From Podarcis vaucheri (taxonomy: Eukaryota), in assembly GCA_965113315.1 (NCBI GenBank), contig OZ220363.1: a DNA stretch of 64,000 nt, one strand, 5' to 3'. The notes beneath the pieces are model-generated. The model saw only the letters and a program-made list of their open reading frames with translations, did no database searches and was not told where the DNA came from. Below are positions 26,409-40,040 of this stretch, one piece after another. Every line of letters starts with the position of its first letter. Position 1 is the stretch's first letter. The translations under genes were made by a program, and so were the position numbers.

Positions 26409-27378
26409 GAGGAATTAAAGAAACTTTTAATGAGGGTGAAGGAGGAGAGCACAAAATATGGTCTGAAGCTCAACATAAAAAAACCCTAAGATCATGGCCA
26501 CTGGAGAGCCAGTGGTTAAGAGCGGTGGCCTCATAATCTGGTGAACCGGGTTCGCGTCTCCGCTCCTCCACATGCAGCTGCTGGGTGACCTTGGGCTGTT
26601 CACACTTCTCTGAAGTCTCTCAGCCCCACTCACCTCACAGAGTGTTTGTTGTGGGGGAGGAAGGGAAAGGAGAATATGTTAGCCGCTTTGAGACTCCTTA
26701 GGGTAGTGATAAAGTGGGATATCAAATCCAAACTACTCCAGGCAAATAGAAGGGGAAGAAATGGAGGCAGTGAGAGATTTTACTTTCTTGGGCTCCATGA
26801 TCACTGCAGATGGTGACAGCAGTCACAAATTAAAAGACTCCTGCTTCTTGGGAGAAAAGCAATGACAAACCTAGACAGCATCTTAAAAAGCAGAGACATC
26901 AACTTGCCAACAAAGGTCCGTATAGTTAAAGCCATGGTTTCCCCAGTAGTGATGTATAGAAGTGAGAGTTGGACCATAAAGAAGGCTTATCGCTGAAGAA
27001 TTGATGCTTTGAATTATGGTGCTGGAGGAGACTCTTGAGAGTCCCATGGACTGCAAGAAGATCAAACCTATCCATTCTGAAGGAAATCAGCCCTAAGTGC
27101 TCACTAGAAGGACAGATCCTGAAGCTGAGGTGCCAATACTTTGGCCACCTCATGAGAAGAGAAGACTACCTGGAAAAGACCCTGATGTTGGGAAATATTG
27201 AGGGCACAAGGAGAAGGGGATGACAGAGGATGAGATGGTTGGACAGTGTTCTTGAAGCTACCAACATGAGTTTGACCAAACTGCGGGAGGCAGTGGAAGA
27301 CAGGAGTGCCTGGCGTGCTCTGGTCCATGGGTTCATGAAGAGTCGGACACGACTAAACAACTAAACAACAACAACAAA
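26409..27378 (+). mobile_element. 5'-truncated RTE-BovB LINE
   Basis: RVPWTARRSNLSILKEISPKCSLEGQILKL..YFGHLMRRED.LEKTLMLG is BovB RT C-terminal sequence; (CAA)n tail; TSD AGTACATTG (26400-26408, 27379-27387). Confidence 0.95.
26503..26739 (+). mobile_element. tRNA-derived SINE (Squam3-like) nested in BovB
   Basis: GAGAGCCAGTGGTTAAGAGCGG...CCGGGTTCG...CACATGCAGCTGCTGGGTGACCTTGGGC interrupts contiguous BovB sequence (ATCATGGCCACT|...|GGCAAATAGAAGGGG). Confidence 0.8.
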
Positions 27379-27994
27379 AGTACATTGAACCTAGCTGGAA
27401 CCTTCTGTATGCTCCACCATTGAGCTATGATCTCTCTACAAAGGAGCAGAAAGCAGCAAAGACACATTATGGCACATGATAATTATGAAGCTACAGTTTT
27501 ATGGTAAGTTGCTGTCAAGGTGGGAGCATCCTTATACTGTATAAGTGATATTGATCACAGGCTATGTATTGTGTTGGGCATAACTTTAGTCTGGAAAGGT
27601 GCCCCTTAAGCCACATTTGATTATATATTTATAGAGACAATTATATATAACACTGATAACTATTCAATAGTTTGCAATCTCTGAAATCACAACGCAATCA
27701 AGGCGAAGTCCCAGAATTGCATCATGTGATAGCTCAGTTCCACTAATCTACTCTTTCATTTTCTTAATAACTCATTGCTGATGAGCAATATTTTTCCTAT
27801 GAAAGCAACTTTTCCGATCAGCTAAAATATGAGTCAAGTTTTCAGTAAGTTGAGTTTCAGCATGCCTCAGGCAACAATTTGTTGAAGTTTTGTCTATAAG
27901 AAAAATACTTGATGATAGCCACCATAGAGTGTGCAATCGTCTTCATTTTTTCTTGGGAGTAAGCCCCACTGAACATAGTGGGACTCCCTTCTAA

Positions 27995-28183
27995 GGCTGT
28001 GCACACACCATACCTTTAAAGCAGATTTGAAACACATTCTGCCCCCGCAAATCCTGGGCTCTGTAGTTTACCCCTCGCAGAACAACAATTGCCAGAAACC
28101 CTTAACAAACTACCGTGCCCAAAATTATCTGAGGGGAAGAGTATTTTTTGAATGTGCTTCAAAGGTGTAGGGCATACACAGCC
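27995..28183. mobile_element. Palindromic MITE, PIF/Harbinger-like
   Basis: GGCTGTG...CACAGCC termini with TAA TSD. Related copies near 10375-10540, 38289-38487 and 53540-53680. Confidence 0.7.
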
Positions 28184-28236
28184 TAAGTAAACATACACAG
28201 GAGTGGATGGAATGACTGCTCATATGAACCTAAGTA

Positions 28237-28467
28237 CAGTGGTACCTCAGGTTGAGTACTTAAATCATTCCGGAGGTCTGTTCTTAACCTGAAACTGTTC
28301 TTAACCTGAAGCACCACTTTAGCTAATGGGGCCTCCTGTTGCCGCCACGCAATTTATGTTCTCATCCTGAAGCAAAGTTCTTAACCCGAGGTACTATTTC
28401 TGGGTTAGCGGAGTCTGTAACCTGAAGCGTATGTAACCTGAAGCGTATGTAACCCGAGGTACTACTG
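28237..28467. mobile_element. Tc1/mariner MITE
   Basis: CAGTGGTACCTC...GAGGTACTACTG with TA TSD. Confidence 0.85.
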
Positions 28468-31400
28468 TACATTAGCTGCCGCAGGAGGCATGCTTCACTT
28501 CTGTACTTTTCACCCACAAGGTTTGAAAAATAAGCTATAGGGTTTGGCCTGTCCTCCTGTCCTCCATTTCCAGAGCATCACATTTACTGAAGTCACATGA
28601 TGATATCCCAGAATTCCTCTGGTTTTGTAGCACCCTGCTTGTGGTTAACGCTTAGCTGGAATGAAATATTCAACGCAGCAATAGAGAAATTAAAATAATA
28701 ATTTATTTGTCAGACAAATAAATGAGAGGCACAGTGGTATATGGTTACCAAGCTCTGGCCTGCCCTCCTGCCATTATGGCCAGCACTTATATTCCCTCAG
28801 CCCAGGCCCCTTGCTCCTCCTTTGGCTGCCTCTGTCCAATCAGCCTGGTTGAATTTCCTATTGGCTGATTGCTATAACCAATCCTAAAAGATACACCCAT
28901 ATCCTCCTGTCCTTATATGGAACACAAAGAGCTATATATTGTTACATCTATAAATGACAAATAAGTAGTAATATATCTTACATGTGTCTCAACAAGGAAT
29001 CTTAATTACCAGCTCACCTCTTGCCCTCCTTGCCCTATTGCCTTCTAAAACAAATGGTTAATCTTAAATTTTTATCTTAAACATATGTCAAGGATCTTGA
29101 GTTTCACATCAACATTGAAAGATCTCCTTCATTTGAAGGTTTCCAAACAAATGCCTGACCACTATATATCAGGACTGCTTGGATGGCGTCTTCCTGTCTG
29201 GCAGGGGGGCTAGGCTGGTGGCTGACTTAATTTCAGGATAAATACAACTCTTACAACTATATGAAATAAGAATCTAGCATTTCTTAAATCCTTTGCATAA
29301 TTACATTTAAGCCAATATATTTAATACACAACACAGGTAGCCTCTTAAAAGGAATAAGGCCTTTGTAAAGTAGAAAAAGGAACTCAGTTTAAAACAGTTT
29401 CAAAAGAAGCCTCTTCAGTTTACACCCCCCCTTCAGCCAGCTGCTTTTCCCATTAGCTCTTCCCAACATTTATTGCCCTCTAACTCTCTCAGTTTAAGAA
29501 AGAAACAGCTTTAAAAAGACTTCCCAAAAATGCTCTCCCAAAAATGCTCTCTCTCTGCCAGCTAGATGCTTCTCCATTTGGTCTTGGCCTTTTAACCTTA
29601 GAAAGAAGATCTGGCTCATTTTACTGGGAGGCACATTGGTATTATTTTACTATTTACTCATTCCTAATTATGTTTATCTCTGCCTTTTTTATCTTCTGTA
29701 ACATGTAGGGTCAGTGTCCTCGTTCTCAGCCTGTAATTCCCCCTTTTTACGACTTTGAGAATTGTTTTCTGCTATCAATCAAGGGGCCCCTTGTCTAGGA
29801 GGAAAACATTGCCAGTGTTCTCTAAACAGCTAGTCTTCTTGCCTGGCATGAAACATTTGAAAATCTAAGCCCATTTAATTTAGGAACCTGATCAAGATAT
29901 AAGCCAACATAAGCCTTGATTAAAATGCAGTCTTATGATTAGATGCCTCAGTTTCTTTTCAACCAAAGAACACAAGAGGAGCCCATCTTGTGCAGCATTT
30001 TCCTCTCACAGTGGCCAACCAGATGCCTACGGGAAGTTGATGAGCAGAGCATGAGTGAAATAGCTCTCTCCCACTCCTTATTCTCAGTAACTGGAATTCA
30101 GAGGCATGCTGGAGGAAGTAGACAGCCATTGTCAGCCTTCTCGTCCACGAATTTGTCTACTCAAAATATACTATTGCTGATTCTATATAAAGCATCTGCT
30201 TACAGAAGTCACCACCTGCCACTTTTACATTTGAATTTCGTGTCCTTTTTAACAGACACACCCTCTGCCTTTTTACAGCTCTTTTTTCTTCGTCATTAAA
30301 ACTTTGCTGCGGCCCACATGCATAGCAGAGTGTTGATGAGGCGCATCCCATGCGCACCATTGGGAAAGCGCATAATCTCCTGCTCAGGTGATTGCTAATG
30401 CCTTTCCGTTTCTTAAATTACTGAGGAGGCATTACATCAGGGCATTTCAAAACCCTCAACGGAAGGAAGCAAAGTCTGTGACATGCCCCAGAGAAGCTGG
30501 TTAGCAAGGCGTGTTCAGAGGATCTGAATACCCGATGGAGGAGGAAGATGAAAAGTGCAACTTGACGACATTGCTCCACCCACCAATATTGAATTAGCAA
30601 ACACCAAGGGGCCAAACCTGCTGTGCCATGCTTATCTCATCAACTTAAAAGGAAAAGCAGAGGTTCCAACATGGAGCACTTGGGACCTGTAAATGCCTTG
30701 TGCTGTCAAGCTATTCTACTTGTTCTGTTCTGGTTTCTTTGGTGAAAATAATAAATTACCCAACCATATGCTTACTGGGGCATCTTTCAGGCAGGAGTGA
30801 ATCCATAAATCATTAGGCACACCAAGTGGATCAGTCGATGCCTGCATTAGAACAATTTATCATATGCAAGAGGGTGTGTGCAATTTTCAGTCGCAAGCAT
30901 GCATGCTAATGTATTTACACTATGCGATACACGCAAGCAGATTTTCAGTCTAGAGAAGGCAAGAGAGAAGGAAGGAAAGGATTCCTTCCACTGAGAAATC
31001 CCATAGGAACAATTTCTCCCTTGAGCTACCTCCCACCCACCCCTCTTCTTGTATACATACTGCTATAGTGTTGAGGCTGCAGCCTTACACACAGTTATTT
31101 CTAAGGAGCACCTAAATCTCTGGTCATAGCTCAGTGTCGCCAAGCATAGGCTTTGCATGAAAATAGTCCCAGGGTCAAACCTTGCCATCTCTAGCTAAGA
31201 GAACCAAAAAGCAGTTGGAGGGAAAGACATATTCCCGAGACATGCCCCCCACCCCAAGAGCTGCTGCCAGAGTAGAGTATATAACAGTAACAGCAGGTGG
31301 AGCAGGGAAGAGACACCTTTCTGACATGGGCATTGCTGTGGCTCACCTACCCCAGCCCTATCATGAAAGGGGGTCTGGAGGGAGGGAGCCTTAGTATAAA

Positions 31401-32116
31401 GCAGTTTCCCATCTTCCTCTTCTGAGTGTCTATTGTAAAATAAATAAGTGAACGGCCTGTGCACTAGGCATACAAACCAAAGGCAGAAATAGATTAGCTT
31501 TGGGTTGTTGTTTTTTTAAAAAAGATGACTTGTTGATCTGCATTGATAGAATAACAAAATAATCACCTCAAATGGTCTTAGAATACACTAGCTCCCTCCC
31601 TCCCTCCCTCCCTCCCTCCCTTCTACAGTTTAAATGTTGAATGTATTCGGCAGCAGGTCTTTTTCAACCATTTGCTCGCTGACATCTGAAATGGTGCCCC
31701 TGCTCACATGTTGAAGTGCCTTTCAAAAACTGACCATTGAGAGGCTGCCAGCAAGAGATTAACAGCTTCTGACACAGAGTGGGAGTTAAATCAACGATTG
31801 CAATGGAATCTTAGTGGCTTCCCTTGTGGCCACAGCACAACTGAAATCTCTACCCTTAATGTTCCACAAACAACAGATATCTTCCCTTGTTGAAATCTGG
31901 AAGGAAAGGAAAGTTCCATTCCATGGACATCATCATCATCATCATTATTAGTTTCTGCTTGGGAATTTTGCAACATCAAGTTGTACCTTCAGTTGCACTG
32001 ACCTCATTTGTCTATTCAAGTGAATACACAAATCTGGGGCTGAGGTCCAGCCCTCTCCCACTGACAATCACCCAGCTCCAAGGTAGTATGAAGTAAACAC
32101 AATATACTATATCTAT

Positions 32117-32970
32117 TGGTACATGACACCAGTCAAGTTTGCAAAAATCTATCATTTGCCCGATAATAAATGTTGGAAATGTAAGGAAACTGAAGGTACA
32201 TTCTTTCACCTTTGGTGGACGTGCCCCAGGATTAAGGCTTTCTGGGAAATGATATATAATGAATTGAAAAAGGTATTTAAATATACCTTCCTGAAGAAAC
32301 CAGAGGCCTTTCTCCTGGGCATTGTTGGCCAATTGGTGCCGAAGAAGGACAGAACTTTTTTCATGTATGCAGCAACAGCAGCAAGAATACTCATCGCAAA
32401 GTATTGGAAGACACAAGATTTACCCACTCTGGAAGAATGGCAAATGAAGGTGATGGACTACATGGAACTGGCAGAAATGACTGGCAGAATCCGTGACCAG
32501 GGAGAAGAGTCGGTGGAAGAGGATTGGAAGAAATTTAAAGACTACTTGCAGAAATACTGTAAAATTAATGAATGTTAAAATGATGTTGGAATGGAAAATA
32601 AGTGGTATTGGCAAAAAGATTATTAAGAATATGCAAATATGGATTGACAATGGTTGAAAATACATAGTTATAATAGGCTAAAATACTGAGTAAAGATAAA
32701 TGATAGAGGGTAAGGATTTGCTGAAAGGAATTTTAAACGGGAATACAAAAGGGGAGGTGTGAGGAAGCCAGGAAACAAGTAAATGAACTATAAGACATGA
32801 AATACTGATTTTTCTTTTTTCTTAACTCTTTTTTTTTACTTTTTGTGTGATTTGTCTTTGGTATTTTTGTATCCTTTTTTTCTTTTTTCTACTCTATTTT
32901 TTATGTTTAAATTTTGTAACCTTTTTATTGTTTCTAAAATTCTAATAAATATTATCTTAAAACAACAACA
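32117..32970 (+). mobile_element. Young 5'-truncated L1-clade LINE (ORF2 CCHC C-terminus, 3'UTR, tail)
   Basis: CWKCKETEGTFFHLWWTC zinc knuckle, ARILIAKYWK; AATAAA plus (CAA)n tail; 18-bp TSD ACAATATACTRTATCTAT (32099-32116, 32971-32988). Confidence 0.9.
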
Positions 32971-34681
32971 ACAATATACTGTATCTATACTGCCAAAATA
33001 ACACATCTCTAAGGCCATGATCTTTCACAGCCATGATACTGTAGTGGTTTGCAGCTTGAGTGAATGTGATCCTGAACTTGGTAAACTGAAAGTGGTTTGG
33101 CTCATTGAATTTTTCCTTCAGTGGGCTTTGCATCAAACACCTTGCAAATTTCCTTGCAGGCAATTTGCTCCCAGTATGTGGTGCAGGAGGGTTTCACCAG
33201 GGAAAACAGTGTCATGTTTAAAATAAGGAGTCATATCACTCTTTGGAAAAGTGAACTGTGTGGAATTGTGCCAAGTGCCAATCATCCAAAGCAGTTTGCA
33301 GGAAATGCTGCGAGCTGGTCATGCCATCATAATCAGGAGAGTCCACAGAACAGGAATTGCAGGCCAGCTTGCCAGGAATTTGAAGTCAATGCTAAGAATG
33401 TACGTAGTGTGAGAGTGTGTCAAGGATACAGCAGAGCTGAAGTTACAAATGTGCAGTGATCTTCATGCACCTAACTATCCTATAGTCTTGGAATATAAAC
33501 ACAGTAGGGTAGGAACTTTATGTTGTTGGTTTTTGGGGGGCGGGGTAGAGAAATGGTTGTAGTTAAAGTATTTGTCCCCCCCCCCCCCAGTCTGGCCTGT
33601 GACAGCTGCTATTATTATGTAGATCCGAATGTATTTTTTCTTAGACTTGGAATGTGCTGGTTGCCTGCATTTGTAAGTAATCCAGTTCCCAAAGCACCAA
33701 CCCAGGCAAGCTACATGGAAAGTAATGGAAGTTTTTAATTGCAGTGTCAGGTGGTGACAGTAATTGTCACAATCCCTGGACTCTGGCTCCTCCCTTAATT
33801 AGGCGGAAGCAGCTCTGCAAATCCACTCTCCCAACGAGCAAAGTATCATATAAATAGCACAGCCTTCCTGAACATGGTGTCCTCCAAATGCTGTTGAACT
33901 ACAATTCCCATCATGCCACCATTACCAGAGGAGTCGGCAGAGCAGGATTTTCCTGCGGCTGACACTCTGGTTTCTATTTAGCCTACTGTATGAAGATAAG
34001 AATCACATTTGTTACTCCGCCCACATTTGTCTCTAGTCCCATGCACTAAATACCTCCGACCCTATTCTTCACTACCGTAGAACATTTCCTGTCGGCAAAA
34101 GTGACCCACAGGTCAAAAAAAGTCCCCTACCCCTGATCTATAGTGTAAACATTTTAGTACAGCCGCCATTATTTTTATTTTTATTAAATTTATTGGCTGC
34201 TTTTTTGCCACAGGCAACTTAAAAGAACTTACACACAGAAATCCACCGAAAGAGCTGCAAATCCCAGAATGCACAGGCCCAATCCAGCTCCAGGCTGCAA
34301 CCTTATGCCCACTTCCCTGGGAGTAAGCCCTACTGATTCTCTGAGGAGACGTGTATAAGACTGCACTGTAGTTGTGCACAGTGGATGAATGGTCACAGAT
34401 GGGAATAGATATCCCCACCCACAGCAAAAGACACAGGCAGCCACCCCAGGGATGCTTAGATGCATGGGCTGCATACTTGGAAGGCAGCTTTTACAGCTGC
34501 CTTTTCTTTGTCGCTTTTCTTTATCTTTCTTAATGACCAGCATGCCTGAGTCTAGGAGGCACATAGTCTTCTGCTCTGTTAACGGAGAAATCTGAGGGCT
34601 CCCTTGGACAAAAAAACAAGAACACCAGCTAGGAATACCAGAGCAAAACAGCAGCCAGTAGGCTTGGTCTTTATTGAAGAC

Positions 34682-35225
34682 TGTCGTGACAGGACTCCCA
34701 CCTGCCACCAGGTGAAACAAGAAGGAAGCCCCCCCCCCCCCCGAACAAAAGAGAACCCAAAATTTTATTAGCTGCTAATCCCCATATTACACCCCCCCCA
34801 AACTACATCACTAATACATCATGGTTACATCATGAAAGGGTGGCAGTAATCTGAGCATCCTGGACCCTGCCCAATGGTTCCCCTTGCCCTCCACCAAACA
34901 CCCATAAGTGTAACAAAAGAGACATTTACATTTTCCTGTTTCCCAGCCACATTAACCACACCATTTTCTCTTCATCTGGGTTTGTTATTTCTGGAATGGC
35001 TACCTGTCTGGCACTCAGGTATCAGGATGCCAGGAATAATCACTCAGGCAGAGGGGCTGCTGAGTAGCTGAGCTCACATATCTATATGAATTTCTGAAAG
35101 TTTCCCAGTGAGCCAGTACATAGACACATTTATCAGTGAATTCTAACATTTGGTATTGTGCAGCAGAGGCCCTTTGAAAAGATAGGAAGAAACTGTGATG
35201 AAGTGTTTTGTGGGGACAAGTCACA
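34682..35225 (-). mobile_element. Possible solo LTR
   Basis: TG...CA termini and a minus-strand AATAAA near the left end; no clean TSD. Confidence 0.4.
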
Positions 35226-37302
35226 AAAGTCACATAAGTGATTGTGCTTATTTTGGTGGTGGGCTGCATGTGCATGATATCTGCTGGAGGGGCACTCCCC
35301 CCCACACCTATACATAAATTCCTGCAACAGCTCTCTGTATGAACATGGGTCACAGACACACATGCCGTCCTGTTTGCTTTTCTGTATTATACCGGCTTGT
35401 TTTTTCCAAAAGCCACAGTCCCAGTTTCTGCTCCCTCCCCCTCCCCTGTCTTCTCCATGATCTGTGTTGCCAGCTATAAAACAATCTCTTTCTCATGTCT
35501 GTGTGCACATCTCTCTCGATGCCACATTCCTGGCCTGGTGAACTGGGCAATAAATACCTCTCTTTCCGCAGTAATGAAAAACCTGCCATTCAGGATTTGC
35601 ACTTGCACTTTGGACCTTTATTCCTTTGGCTCAGCAGATAATTCTGAATGGTCGGTCCTTTTAGCGTTTCTTTGCTACTGCCATTAAAACGTTTAGATTA
35701 AATCTACACTTTGAGAGCGAAAGCGAAACAATCCTCAAGTGCCAATTCGCTTTGCACGGTCTATGAACACCTACAGGGAGCCATCAAAATGTCACAAAAC
35801 AGTGGGCAAGATTAAGGCTGGATTCTTTCTCCAAGAAGGCAGGACTGACCCCTGACACTGGATGTAAAGGAAGGAGCTTTGACCAGGGCAGTCATAGGGG
35901 GAAACTATTATGAAACTATGAAAGGGACACCTTTCATCTGCTCATCCTACCAACCAGGGAAGAAGCCTGCGTAACTCGGACTCTCTCATACTGCACTTTT
36001 GAATCCTGCTTGGCCTTAGCAAAAGGGCAAGGTGGTTAATGATAGGATATGTTGGTTTCTACTGTCCTAACGAAAACTTAAGTAAATTCATTGACGGGGC
36101 TGTGGCAAGACAAGGCGATCCCATGAGCTGACCCCCTCCCACAGAACTTGCAAAGCACCTGCCGCACCCAAGAACTCCCTGCTGCTGTGAAAACAGTGCT
36201 TTTGTACATGCCTTCGACTCTTTCACTGCTGCAGTGCAGAAGCCACATTGGCTCTGTCGAATACAATTGGCCTAGTTACCACTTTCCAGCTGTCTAGCCA
36301 GCAGGCAATCGTAGGGTAAGGTCAACGAGAAGGCCACCCTTTAAGAACCAGCCTTTACCTTCCATCCAGGGGTGGGTTGGGCAGCAGGCAGATTATCCTG
36401 CAGTCAACACACCCCTCTGTGATGGGCAGGGGTAGGGTTCCTCCTTTAAGCTCCTTACTTGTTCTGCACTTCACTCATCTATTTGACTCCAAAGGACCAA
36501 AATTTATTAAAAGGTGGGTTGACGGCCATTGTGTGTTCTCACCAGAATCGCTTATGGAAACCATATTTTTTAAAAAACCCAGAAACCTAAATAACATCTG
36601 GCTCTGTAATTGCCAGCTACACTTGCACCAGAGCAGCCAAGTGCAAGCATGATTTGGAAAAAAAATATTGCTGCTTTAAATGTAAAAATGAATTTTTTAT
36701 AATAGAAACCTGTATTTTCAATGCATTTAAGAAGCAGGAAAAGGCAAGATTCCTTCAGCTAAAAGCCTTTCACCCTGTCCTGCATGACATTTGCTCATGC
36801 AGGACCTCCCTGCCCCCGCCCCCAAACACACCCCAAAAATGAATACAGCTCCAAGATTCATTTGTTTCAATGTGTTCAAAAATGCTGCCTGGATTCTAAT
36901 CTTCTTAATTCCCTTTCCTGTTTTTGAAAAACTTACTTTTATCAGAATTGATGGGCTCCTTTGTCAACTGGGCATGGATTGAGAAACCAGCCAACTGTTA
37001 AAATGTAGGCAAATCCGGCTGTCAAAGCTCATGCAGGTGTACAGGATGGAAGCAACTTCTGCTTCTCTGCATGATAGAATGCCCTTGTGTGAGATATGCT
37101 TTCAACACAGGAGATTCGACATACTCATATACCAACTCATATACCAGCAGAAAGGTTGTTCATAATGGAGCTTTGGAGCTTTTGATTATGGAGCTGGTTT
37201 CAGGTTAAGTAGCCCAAACTTTAGAAACTAGACAATTTCTGGCACACCAATTATTGCATTTCCCATTCTCAAGACTCCTCCATTTCTCAATAAGCATGAT
37301 GT

Positions 37303-37857
37303 TGTTGTACACCATCCCAATCTCCAAGTGATACAAAACTCGAGGGATTCCAGGTAGCGCTTATCCAGGGTTCATGTTTCCTTTGGAATGAGATATAGTG
37401 GAAATGGTTGCGTCTTTATGATATATGGTTTAATAACACATATATACCACCTGAGCCTATGATAGAGGGGTTCACAGTGTTAACATTCCAAGAGAGTTTT
37501 GCTTCACCCCTAGCCACAGCCTTGGATGTGAGCAGAAATCAGGCATCTCTCCTTCACAGGCTTCAGCCTGCTTCTTCCTCCAGCTTCTAGCTCTCTCACA
37601 CACAACTCAACTCTGGTCTTTGTCTTTTCTAACTACCTACCAATCAGTTGTGAGAGGGTGGGCACCCATTTGTTATCTGGCACATAGCCACTTCCTTTGT
37701 TACCTTAATGACCCATATTTAGAAGACCATTATCACACCAGAAAGCTAGCCTGGCTATTTCAGGAATTTGAACCATTGCTTAGATTTTAACACTTGCTGT
37801 ACCCAAGCATTAGAAGAGTCTTGGCATACAGCCTTCCCCACCACCAAACTCATAACA
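37303..37857 (-). mobile_element. Old solo LTR-like element (same family as 12704-13239)
   Basis: TG...CA termini, 4-bp flanks ATGT/ATAT, similarity to the two other copies. Confidence 0.65.
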
Positions 37858-37877
37858 ATATCCTCAATGCGATGAAT

Positions 37878-38515
37878 AGGGATGGAGAAGACATTTGATT
37901 TTGTTTGCATTTAAATGAGAACCTACCTAATTTGCACTTCTCAATCCAATATGTGAACTGAAACACAGGTATTCTTCAAAATCCACACTTGTCTGAATTT
38001 TGAAGTACAGTTCTCCAACCAAAGAGTACGTGCAAAATGCATATTGGGGTAAATGTGCATAAAACGTGTGTATTAGTGAAAATAACATACAGAATGCAAG
38101 ATATTAGGAGAACTAGCTTGCAATAATTTGTCTATTAGTCAAAACTGCCTACAAATATATGCTTATTACTATAGTTTTGCACTAAAAAGCTGACAAACCT
38201 TGATGAGGATTTATGTTTAATTTTAAAACGCTGATTGCTGCAGAAATGTGGAGAACTGAATTTAAGACTCGAAAAATGAGAAACTTAAGCTGTGTACACA
38301 CCATACCTTTAAAGCACATCTCAAACATGTTCATCCCCACCGCAAGGATCCTGGGAACTGTAGTTTGTTAAGGGTGCTGGGAATTGTAGCTATGTGAGGG
38401 GTAAACTACAGTTTCAGGGTACTTTTTGTGAGTTTTTTGTGTGCATGTGCATGCACATGCTTTAAGTGTATAATGTGTACACAGCCCTAGAGAACCAAAA
38501 TGACAGATTTGTCCA
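37878..38515. mobile_element. Old DNA-transposon-like repeat with a nested palindromic MITE (38289-38487)
   Basis: Reverse-complement similar to 59-410; the insert has GCTGTGTACAC...GTGTACACAGC termini. Confidence 0.55.
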
Positions 38516-39912
38516 GTGAGATACTATCAGTTCATCACCCCAGAAATGCTGCTGCCTCTTGCTTCACAGCTGTGGATCCCCAAACAATTCCCCAAACCCC
38601 TTATGCAGTCTGCTTTGTTCAGGACCACCCAACAACAAAAAACACGAGCAAGTGTAGGTAGAGGTGTAGGCTGACTGGAGGAACAGCACTGGCATCATCT
38701 GAATGACCAGTATGTGCTAGTATGAATTGGGTGCGGCCTTGGAAAGCAGCACAATACCGAAAGTCAAGAATCCCATAGCAAACGTCTGGTTCCCAGGAAA
38801 GAAAACCCATTATTTCAAACAGGACATCTGGAGCAGGGCGTGTGCAAACATGTGCCTGCCTGCACACCTGACCTTTGCTCAGCCTTGATCTGGGTTTCAT
38901 TCATGCCTTCTTTCTGTTGCCTTTCCAAGTGCACAAAGTCAATTCAAAGCCTGTCCAAGGGCTCTGACTGCAACGCAGCCCGTTTGTACTGAAGGTAGCT
39001 GGATAAAAATATAAAAAGGGTAGGGAGGGAAGTGGAAACGTTGATTTAAAAAATAGTGAGACATTGAGGGACTCTCCTGCGGGTGTGGGCACCATTTAGC
39101 AAAAGTTGGTTGCAATTAAATCCTATGGACAACAATGGAAAGGGAATGCACTTAGCTGTGTGGCTAATTTTTGTAAGATTGTGTACCTTCCTTCCCCGTT
39201 CCTCATTTAGGGAGCCAAGGCTCATGGGTGGCTGCTGATGACTAAAAGCTGTGCAAGAGGGGCACTGTGTTCTGCTCTCAGGTCAGAAGGCGATGGACAC
39301 AAGAGTGGGGAACTGGGCCTGGCCAGCAAGCCAGATGCTTATCTTGACCACCACCTCCAGGTCAGGTATGACACGTGGGTGGAGCCACCCACTTTGTTAG
39401 TCACCTGACATCACTATGACACCAGCTGACTCAACTTTACCCACATGTGGGCAATGGCATGGTGCTTTGCGCTAAGAGTCCGTTAAACCAGTAGGAGAAC
39501 TGGGTGGCTGCCTAGGGTGGCAAACTTCCAGGGTAGCCAACCTGATGCCAAGTTTCTGTGTTCAGGTTTTTATTAAAGTTTTTTCATGACACAATATAAA
39601 GATAGAAAACTAATGTAAATTAGAAAATGAAAACAAAAACTGCTACAAAAAGTAAAAATAAGGTATGATGTCCTCTCTTAAAGGTAGTTCTTAACTTTCA
39701 TAGAAGGTAGTAGCCCCTCCCAGCTCTTATCTGGGATCTTTCCTTTCTCCTTCCAGCCTCTCACCCTGGGAACCTGACAGAAGTTTCTGGACTACAACTC
39801 ACATCATCCCTGACCATTGGTTGTGCTGGCAGGGGCTCTTGGGAGTTGTAGTCCACCATTTTCTGGAGGGCACCATGTTGGTTACCTCTGCTCTCGCCCT
39901 CACCCTCGCTCC

Positions 39913-40040
39913 CTGGCATGCCTGCACTTCACAGGATGACTGGCCCCAGGAATGCAGCTGTTGCCTAGCCCACTATCTACGTCTGAGTCAGCTGCAGCCT
40001 TGGAACGCCTCCCAGATTTCATTCAGCTGCTGGGCTGTCT
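39913..40040. promoter_or_regulatory. Putative enhancer upstream of PHLDA2 copy A (paralog of 10945-11070)
   Basis: AGGAATGCAGCTG at 39948-39960 and TGAGTCA at 39984-39990, in the same motif order as the 10945-11070 element. Confidence 0.55.
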
